Below are positions 55,100 through 64,000 of a stretch of 64,000 bases of DNA, in pieces. The notes under the pieces are model-generated. The model was given only the letters and a program-made list of their open reading frames with translations, was not told the DNA's origin and searched no databases. Each line of letters starts with the position of its first letter. Position 1 is the stretch's first letter. This stretch comes from Octopus vulgaris. Lineage: Eukaryota. Made by a program: the position numbers and the translations under genes. The stretch covers positions 123,628,001 through 123,692,000 of the forward strand of contig OX597815.1 of assembly GCA_951406725.2 (NCBI GenBank), read 5' to 3'.

Positions 55100-55655
55100 C
55101 ACCAATCATCTCAGTACATTGCCATCTCATTAGGTTCAATTTCTTGAAGTCAGTCTTCATTGATTCATTCCATATCTTTCTAGATTTCCCCTTTTCACAG
55201 GTTCCACCCTCTTCCAATGATTGGCACTTCCTTATACAGCTGATATCCTCAATACAAATCACATCCTCATACTAGCAGGGTGCTCTCTCTCTCTTGTACA
55301 CTACATCTGATTTCTTTTATATCCAGCTTTGATGTCAACTCATTTGTGCTCTGTTGTACACAAATATTACACATCCAGTGGAGCATACCCACTTCATTTC
55401 TTTCTTGCCATTGCAAATCTTCCACATGCAAGGCCTATGTGTCACAATCATGCAACATTGCACATTGTACATAAACAATGTGTAATCTACTCTTCACGCT
55501 AAAAGAGAAACCTCTTGCTGCCTGCTTGTGCAACAGTTCTTGAACTTTTTTTACTCTGTTCCCATTCTGTCTATTATACCTTCAGCATGCTCTCCTCCAT
55601 TTCTAATTATGTTGCCATGGTAGCAAAAGTTATAAGCTATTTCTAAGAAGCCTAT
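55100..55655 (-). mobile_element. Decayed RTE C-terminal fragment
   Basis: Colinear with the 20334-20930 region (e.g. ttcacaggttcc, acacatccagtggagcatac, acttcatttct) with many substitutions. Confidence 0.65.
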
Positions 55656-55755
55656 AGAATGAAAGATAGATAGACACATGCATACATTCATTCATAGTTT
55701 ATGTGCTCTACGTAAATATATTTATATCAAGCTTAACTGTGTTTATCTTCATTAC

Positions 55756-55818
<63 letters not shown>

Positions 55819-56860
55819 GCGTGTGTGTGTGTGTGTGTTCTGCAATTGACTATTTTTAAAGTCAGGTACTTATTCTATCGGCCTTTTTTGTTCAGTCTGT
55901 AAGTTACAGGGACATAAACAAACCAACACTGGTTGCCAAGTGGTGTTGATGGTGGTGGAACGAACTCTGGCACAAAGTCATACACACACACACACACATA
56001 ATACATACACACATGTATACTTGTGTATGTGTATGCATGTTTTGTGTATTGAGTAATGAACGTGTAGAGTATTTGTTGTGAATAGCATAGAAACTGTATT
56101 GGGTGATTTGCCCTGTTTAACTGAAAGTGTCTTGCAATGATGTTGCTTGTGCCTTATAGGATTCTGTTATTGGACTGTGTTTAGAGTTGTAAGCCCTGGT
56201 ATTATTTTATGTTATTGTTCATGTTTTTTTTAAAATTTTATATAGTTATTATCATTGCCACTCTGTTTACACTCATAATAAAAATAATTCATTATAAAAG
56301 AAAAAAAAATGACTTAGATCAAATATTCCTGACAGTTACAGAATGATATTGGGAAAGAAGGGTGGTGTACTTTTTAAGAGGAAAATAATGGTTTCAAAAT
56401 TTGGCACAAGGCCAGAAAGTTCGGGGATGGGGGTAAGTCGGTTACATTGACTCCAATGCTCAACTGGTACTTACTTTATCGACCCTGAAAGAATGAAAGG
56501 CAAAGTCAACTTAAGCGGAATTTGAACTCAGAGTGTAAAGATGGACGAAATGCTGCTATGCATTTGGCCTAGTGTGCAAAAAGTTCTGCCAGTTTATTGC
56601 CTTGATAATAATTATTATAACTTTATTATCCTTCAGAGTTCATGCACCGTACCCTGTCAGAATAATTCAATAACTGTAAAATGGAGTAGATTTGGTTATA
56701 AAGCGTTTTCCATGCTTTTCAAAAAAGAATTATAGTGTTTTACGCAGAATAAAAGTAATTTATAAAAGCGCTATTGTCTGGATGTTACCAGAATTTTACC
56801 ACCATTTACAATAGCTGCAATAATGGCTTAGTAAAAAATTGATACAAATAATAGAACAAG

Positions 56861-57516
56861 GGGCATAATTACAGAACTGTGTCTACCAAATTTATTTCTT
56901 CGTAGCTTTCTTAAAAATGCATATTTTTTAATGAAATTTTTCAGACACAAATTTTCGAATGATGCGAACAGTTGTCTTGATAAAATTTGAGCACATCTTT
57001 CTTTGAGTTTCTAATAATACCCACCTCCCGACATTGTTTCCCCATTAAATTTCGTTAAAATCGACGTTTTTTTCTATAAAATTCTCCAGAGGTACGTTTT
57101 TATGGTGTAGATTACAATTAAAAAAAAAAAAAAGAAAAGAAAAAATCAAAACCTTCGGAAACGTATCTAAAGAAAATATGCACTTTTAGGAAAATTATGA
57201 AAATTCAAAGTCGAAAGGGCACGTTCCATAAAAATCTTTATAAAATTAAAAAAATATATATAATCGTAATCTACAAACTCAAAAACGTATCCCTGGAAAA
57301 TTTCATAGCAAAATATTAATTTTTAACGAAATCCGGTTGATTGGAGGATGATACCCACCACATCAATTTATCGCCTCTCACCTTATCAGATAATCGTAAT
57401 CCATACCGCCTAAAACATATATCAGGAAAATTTCATTTGAAAGTATGCATTTAAAGAAAGGTATGGTGGAACAAATTCGATGGAAGGAAATCGGGGACAT
57501 TTGTGAAGTTATGCCG
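56861..57516. mobile_element. Degenerate foldback/MITE-like element with nested inverted modules
   Basis: 57048-57120 is the reverse complement of 57260-57332, 56915-56955 of about 57410-57452, and the ends ggcataatt / agttatgcc are inverted. Confidence 0.45.
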
Positions 57517-58134
57517 AACTAGGATTCCGCATACTCTATTTCTTGCTCTAGAATTCAAGCACTCTAGAGTTCGTCTAGATCCCATTTTATCTTTCCAATA
57601 TGTATGAAACTACCTTCAAATTCCACCGAGGTCGACTTTGCACCTCATTCTTTCGGGGTCAATAAAATAAGTATCAGTTGAGCACAGGGATCGATGTAAT
57701 CGGCTAACCCCATCCGCCAAAACTTCAGGCTTTGTGTCTATCGAAGAAAGGAATAATGCATGAAATAACTGCTAATGCACTAAAAATTACTAAAATAACT
57801 ACGTTTCCGGGTTAAGAAGAATTGATTACTGTAAGTCAATGTTGTTAGTGTATTTAGATGAACTGTTTGAGGTAAGTCATATATATTGACGATCATCCAA
57901 TCTATTATGAACCCTTCTAATACGTAAGTATTTCATACCAAAGAGAGAGAGAGAGAAAGAGACTTAACGGTAGAATGAGTTTATAGATAGGGATTAGAGT
58001 TAGAATGCAGCCAAGTATTGGTGAATGACTTAGAAATTCACTTCGTAATTGTTGGGACTCAGATTCGATCCCGCTGGAGTGACACTTTGAATCCAGGGAA
58101 GAAAAGTAACTGAAAAGAAGGTACGAGATAAAAT

Positions 58135-58429
58135 CTTTTCTACTCTAGGTACAAGACCCGAAATTTTGGGGGAAGGGGCCAGTCGATTAGATGACTCCAG
58201 TACGCAACTGGTACTTAATCTATCGACCCCGAAAGGATGAAAGGCAAAGTCAAAGGTCGATATAACGGTATATCTACCCCAGTGCGTAACTGGTACTTAA
58301 TTTATCGACCCCGAAAGGATGAAAGGCAAAGTCAACCTCGGCGGAATTTGAACTCAGAACCTAACGGCAGACGAAATGCCGCAAAGCATTTCGCCCGGCG
58401 TGCTAACGTTTCTGCCAGCTCGCCGCCTT
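58135..58429 (-). mobile_element. tRNA-derived SINE family A, CpG-intact copy (many others, e.g. 1457-1672, 18870-19068, 22719-22930, 23625-23837, 23972-24185, 25163-25370, 26525-26970, 27257-27760, 30508-30710, 51344-51565, 56390-56603, 58972-59550, 63571-63775)
   Basis: Head ggcggcgagctggcagaaacgttagc (A box), B box gagttcaaattc, body gcctttcatcctttcggggtcgataaattaagtaccag. Tail often runs into (ATT)n. Confidence 0.85.
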
Positions 58430-58541
58430 AGTTACGAGATAAAATGTCACAGAAAAGACGTCATAAAAAAAAAATAAAGAAAAAAAGTCAGAGGAAAAAC
58501 CTGTGTTGCCCGACCGGAATAACTACACGGTATAACACACG

Positions 58542-59419
58542 TGGTATCAGCCGGAATATTTATCTTAATTATCAACATTAATAATATTTGGTGTCAAATC
58601 TTGGCACAACTTCAGTAATTTCAGGGGAGGGGTTAAGTCTATTACATCGATCCCAGTGGTCAACTGGTACTTGTTTTATCGATCCTGAAAGGATGAAAAG
58701 CAAGGTCAACCTCGGTGAATTTGAACTCTGGACGTTAAACCGAACGAAATGTCGCTAAGCATTTCGCCCGACGTGCTTACGATTCTGCTAGTTCGTCACC
58801 AATTATGAATGAATCAGGTAAATGGAAACTGTACGGAAGGCCACCAGATATTTTATGACTGTAATTAAAAGTTACGACTTTGTCATACTGAATCTACTCG
58901 GGTATTATGTTTAGGGGGACATCTGCATGTCAAATAGTCAGACATTCGTATTAGAATATAAAGTGAAGGTAAAGGCAGCGAGCTGGCAGAAACGTTAGCA
59001 CGCCGGGCGAAATGCTTAGCGGTATTTCATCTGTCTTTATGTTCTGAGTCCCCCTAAACATAATACCCGAGTAGATTCAGTATGACAAAGTCGTAACTTT
59101 TAATTACAGTCACAAAATATCTGGTGGCCTTCCGTACAGTTTCCATTTACCAGATTCATTCATAATTGGTGACGAACTAGCAGAATCGTAAGCACGTCGG
59201 GCGAAATGCTTAGCGACATTTCGTTCGGTTTAACGTCCAGAGTTCAAATTCACCGAGGTTGACCTTGCTTTTCATCCTTCGATAAAACAAGTACCAGTTG
59301 ACCACTGGGATCGATGTAATCGACTTAACCCCTCCCCTGAAATTACTGAAGTTGTGCCAAGATTTGAAACCAAATATTATTAATATTGATAATTAAGATA
59401 AATATTCCGGCTGATACCA
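58542..59419. repeat. Near-perfect inverted duplication (arms 58542-58920 and 59048-59419, 127-nt spacer)
   Basis: Arm 2 is the reverse complement of arm 1, with about 5 substitutions and a 7-bp indel by eye. Confidence 0.92.
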
Positions 59420-59759
59420 AATTCAGCCGAGGTCAACTTTGCCTTTCATTCTTTCGGGGTCGATAAATTAAGTACCAGTTGCTTACTGGGGTCGATCAAA
59501 TCGACTGGCCCTTTACTCCAAATTTCGGGCCTTGTGCCTAGAGTAGAAAAAAAATATAAAGTGAACATAAGTAACTCTGTTGACGGAATTTTTGCGTGAG
59601 AGCCATCATAATTACTTCGCGATAATTATTTTTGTATCTTTCTAAAGTGAAATCCACCAAGTGTTGATCTGACTTTTATTAAGTCTGAGAAATCGATATA
59701 AGAATTAGAATTAAAATATTGCGCTCTATTCAATTTTCTTCTACCTCCCTACAAGAAGA

Positions 59760-60150
59760 CTTGCGCCAAAGATCATTGCTTAAATTCTCAACAATAGTAT
59801 AAGGGAGGTAACTCCCGTTGGTCGTCTAAAATGTTTCTTCTGAGACGGAAAACATGGCATGAAACCACTTTTGACGTCACGTCTTTTACTCATATTTACT
59901 GTATAACTATCACCACCACCACCGCCACCGCCACCGCCGCCGCCACTGCCACCGCCACCGCCAGGGTCGATCGATCTGCTAGAAATAGTAACTAAATCTC
60001 TGTGAAATTTACACAAAAAGAAGACGATGCAACGCAGTGTTGCCGAGCATGCGCCATATTCAAACTTCATTTCTCTCTGAGTTGAATCGACTATCACACA
60101 ATACTGACAGTTATAACGCCAAGCTGTAGCAACTCAGAGATGAATGTGAC
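59760..60150 (-). promoter_or_regulatory. CpG-island-like candidate promoter/5'UTR
   Basis: CpG-rich unique DNA with a (GCC/ACC)n run, CRE TGACGTCA at 59872-59879, and YY1-like CGCCATATT at 60052-60060 overlapping GCATGCGC. Confidence 0.4.
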
Positions 60151-60206
60151 TGGGTTTCTTTATATTTAGATGCAGGAATGAACTGGAGGCTTCAGGCCAA
60201 TGTCGT

Positions 60207-60282
<76 letters not shown>

Positions 60283-60505
60283 CATATTGAGGTTTTGAGA
60301 GGTAATGATGTCAAAAAGACCAAAGGTGTCAGGTAATGCTGAGTAAGTGCCATGGACAGGCTATAGTTAAGCCCCAGGTTCTGTGATTATGCGAATGAGG
60401 AGTCCAGCGTAGGTCATATATCAGCATGCGTATATATAAAAAAATTAACAGAATGAGATAAAAATCCAAGGCTGTGAAAGATTTCAGAACATTTATAAAT
60501 AGAAT

Positions 60506-60553
60506 GTCTTACAGCTGTTTCCGGAATATTTTATATATCCCTTCATCGGAGAC
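60506..60553 (-). ncRNA. Minimal type-I hammerhead ribozyme motif (Penelope-like element type)
   Basis: Minus strand GUCU-CCGAUGA-AGGGAUAU-AUAAA-AUAUUCCG-GAAAC-AGCU-GUA-AGAC. Stem I GUCU/AGAC, stem II GGGAUAU/AUAUUCC, palindromic stem III ACAGCUGU, GUA cleavage triplet, U4C core variant. Confidence 0.7.
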
Positions 60554-61145
60554 GCTGTGAGAAAATGGTTACGCAATAGTTATTCTAGATAAGATATGAA
60601 ATAGAGAGTGAAGTGGAAGAATGAAAATAGACGTGAGATATGCAGGAATATTGTATCTTCAGTTCCATTACTTAGGCAGAATGGTATACATAAAATATTC
60701 CTGTACCTTGTGATTACGTCCCAATAGTTTTTAAAATTGGTCATTCCAAGCATAGAGTTTATAAACGGTGTTATTGAATCAAGGGTTTTTTGAAGCGACT
60801 TAAAAGTTGGGAATGTGTTTGTAAGGTCAAATCAAAAACAGGAAGAGAGGAAAAAAGAAAGGAAAGAACAAAAAAATGGAAGGCGGGGAGAGAGATCACA
60901 GAGAAATGAAGAGAGGGAAAGTGTACTGGTTAGTGGTCAGTCAGGATAAATTGATAGAAGGAATGGGTAGATGAGGGTGACAGAAAGAGAAAGATATGAG
61001 TGTGTAAAGAGATGAGAGTGTAAAGAGTAAAGGAGTGTCAGGTAGAAGGAATGGGGGTGAGGGTGATAGAGAGATAAAGATATGAGAGTGTAAAAAGATG
61101 AGAGGGTAAATAGTAAAGGAGTGTCAGGTATGTAGTGATAGAGCC

Positions 61146-62133
61146 TAAGTTGAGCATGTCCATTAGTGGCTGACGATATGTGCATCTTTGATCATGAGCA
61201 GAAGTAGTGGGGGAGCATCATAGCCATGTGTTGATAGGGATTCTTTGGGGTTTGGGTAATTCACCTCTGGAAGCATGCGTGTTTCGTTCAACATCCTTAA
61301 ACAATCCTTATTCAGGGACCTTTTGAGCGGGATGGGTTACACGACCAGAAGAAAATTCTAACTGGGCCCCATCTGCAAGGTCATGTACTGTTTATCTTGA
61401 TATGAGATCACCATGTCGCGCACATATGGTTGTGATGCATGTGCCTAGTGTACCCTTATCAGACAGGTAGGCACGATGGGTATACTGGGCTTCATATATT
61501 TTACCCCAGTGTCACTTTGATGGCATGCACTGCTCTCTCTCACTCAATGATGACAACAACAACAACAATAATAATAAATGCCCTGATGCAGTACCAGGCA
61601 GTGGTTGTCATGGCTTCTCATCTTAACTGATTGGAAGTGTTATCATGTACATTGTTTTGTCTTGGTGTAAAAGATATGCTACAGCAAATATTCTGCTCAA
61701 TACCACAGATTTGCTTGTCAGTTGCTTGACCTTAACCAGTTGAGCATGTCCCTTAGTGGCTGACGATATGTGCGTCTCTGATCATGAGCAGAAGTAGTGG
61801 GGGAGCATCATAGCCATGTGTTGAAAGGAATTCTTAGAGGTTTGGGTAATTCACCTCTGGAAACATAGGTGTTTCATTCAACATTCTTAAACAATCCTTA
61901 TTCAGGGACCTTTTGAGCGGGATGGGTTACTCGACCAGAAGTAAAAACTAACTGGGCCCCACCTGCAACTTCATGTGCTGTTTATCTTGATATGAGATCA
62001 TCATGTCACGCACATTTGGTTGTGATGCATGTGCCTAGTGTACCCTTATCAGACAGGTAGTCATGATGGGTATACTGGGCTTCGTATATTTTACCCCAGT
62101 GTCACTTTGATGGCATGAACGACTCTTTCACTC
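61146..62133. mobile_element. Tandem copies 5 (left-truncated, 61146-61545) and 6 (61579-62133) of the ~555-bp element
   Basis: Separated by a short (AAC/AAT)n spacer. Same orientation as the other copies. Confidence 0.85.
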
Positions 62134-62882
62134 AATGATAGTAAATATAATAGTTTCAAAATTTTGTACAGTTTCAAATTTTTGTATCGACCCAGTACTT
62201 GATTGGTACTTTATTTTATCGACCACGAAAGGATGTAAAACAAAATCAGTCTCGCTGGAATTTAAACTCACAATGTAAAGAGCCAGAAGAAATGCCACTA
62301 ATCATTTTGTTCGACGCTCTAGCAATTTCACAATTTCTTACATAATAATAGCGATAATAGAAAAATAAAATGGAGGAATGGTCATGACTGATAAGTGTTT
62401 GGGTCATTGGTCTGTTTGATCAGTGTCCTCTTCATGATTAGTATCAACATTAACAACATGGTGCCTCGAGCAAATGAGGGTTCTTCTATATACTCGTTCT
62501 ACCTGCTTAAAGTGGCGGCTCGTAGATAAAAATGATTGGGGTGCTGCTTCAGAAAATTTTTAGCCGTTGCTTTAATATTATGTAAAAGGAAACAAAGATA
62601 TAAAAAGAAAATTTATGCATAAACTTGATCAGTTCGTGTTTTAGCCACTGCCGGGCAGTTTGTTTAATTTGTTCACCGAACACCGTCGCGAATTCACCCT
62701 TGTTTTTCAAAAATCCCCACCTAAATCACAAATAAGGGTAGGAAATGTGCCCTATTTTTCAAATCCTGGCAGCAACACTGAAGCTGGAAGCAGGATAATA
62801 ATCTAATTCTACACTTTATCACATTCAAGAATATAAACACGTTTTTGAGCACAACACACGCGGAGTCAAAAAGAAACATTAC

Positions 62883-62964
62883 CTTTCACCGGAACACCGG
62901 GGTAGGCACTGTCATTGCACGCAGTGCTCTCTCTCCCTAGCGTGAAGCTTCCTATCTCGGACAT
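62883..62964 (-). other. Candidate first exon of an unannotated minus-strand gene
   Basis: CpG-rich unique sequence. An ATG at 62964 is open to a strong donor AAG|GTAATG (MSEIGSFTLGRESTACNDSAYPGVPVK). NRF1-like GCATGCGCA at 62969-62977. Confidence 0.3.
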
Positions 62965-64000
62965 GTGAGCATGCGCACAACAGCCAAACATCGCGTCGCT
63001 GAAACTGTAAAGTACACAGTTCTAGACAAAGATTTTTGTATTTTATTCATAAACCAGGGGATGGTTACTCACATAAAGCTTAAGGTTCATATAATGTACA
63101 AGTATAAAGAAAGAATTAAAGAAAAAGAACTCATTATATTGAATGTTACCGATAATATAGAGTAGAAATAGGGGCTGCTGCAGTTCCGCAGTGCCTATAC
63201 ACGAGCTGCCACTGATCGGGATGATCTTAATTAAACAGCTATGGCAACAAGATGATATCTTTACAGCAATTTTAACTTTTTCAAAAAATTGACTTGGTAG
63301 TCAATACTTTCCAAAACTTTTTTATGAGTTGCCTCCCTTCGACTTCAATTAAGGTTCCATTAAGAATCATTACCTCATCTTGATACACGTATAGTTTCGA
63401 TTAATTAAAGAGATTTTGTCCAACACATTAAATACCTAGGTACATATTTCACTATTCATCTTGTTATTGAGGTCATTGTCAGAATCTGTTACAAATTTTT
63501 CTTTTTATTCTTACCATTTTCTCATCTATCTCCTTATTTAAAACACATTTTTAATGTTTATTATTCCCTGAGGCGGTCAGCTGGCGGAATTGTTAGCGCG
63601 CTGTGTAAAATGCTGAGCAGCACTTCTTTCAGTTCTATACGTTCTGAGTTCAAATCCTGCCGTTATCAACTTTGCCTTTCCTTCTTTCGTGGGTTCATAA
63701 AGTACCAGTTAAGTGCTGGGATCGAGAGTATTGACGAACACCCAGCTCCTCTGAAATTACTAGCTTTTGTGGAAAAAAAAAGTTATTTATCATTCAATTT
63801 TTAAAAGTTGCATTTCTACCGTTTTCTTCTATGGCAGAGTCGTTAGTCTTGCGTTTTGATTTCAGATCTCACCGAGGTCAGCTTTGTCTTTCATTCTTCC
63901 GGGATCGATAAAAATATATCAACCCAGAATACTGAACTGGGCGGAACTATAAGAACATCAAACCGGAAGCCCTGCAGTATTTTCCCCAGTTCCTTGCGTT

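Noticed and set aside
55611-55624. RFX X-box-like GTTGCCATGGTAGC, attractive for a ciliary kinesin
   Set aside because: It lies within a decayed RTE coding fragment 9 kb upstream, so it is most likely a chance product of decay.

Overview
AT-rich, microsatellite- and transposon-dense animal genomic DNA. The tRNA-derived SINE families, RTE LINEs with (GAT)n tails and (AAT)n/(TA)n arrays look like an octopus (coleoid cephalopod) genome; this is an inference from repeat content. The only clearly intact host gene is an intronless KIF3A-type kinesin-2 subunit on the minus strand (44427-46667). The rest is mostly mobile DNA: a young 5'-truncated RTE LINE and older RTE relics carrying a PHD-like finger inside ORF2, CR1-like 3' ends, two mariners, a DD37D/maT element, pogo/Tc2- and hAT-type MITEs, a Helentron-like HINE, at least four SINE families, and Penelope-like fragments with minimal hammerhead ribozyme motifs. 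The most unusual items are: (i) a ~555-bp non-coding element with fixed ends and no TIRs or Pol III head, present six times in the same orientation within or beside (AAT)n-type arrays; (ii) a near-intact minimal hammerhead at 60506-60553 plus several decayed ones; (iii) a ~375-bp-arm, near-perfect inverted duplication inserted into a SINE B-box; and (iv) a CpG-decay boundary suggesting that most of the window is the methylated body of an unannotated, probably minus-strand gene starting near 60-63 kb. Most short ORFs in the supplied track are microsatellite or repeat artefacts. Coordinates were read by eye and may be off by a few bases, especially for degraded repeats.
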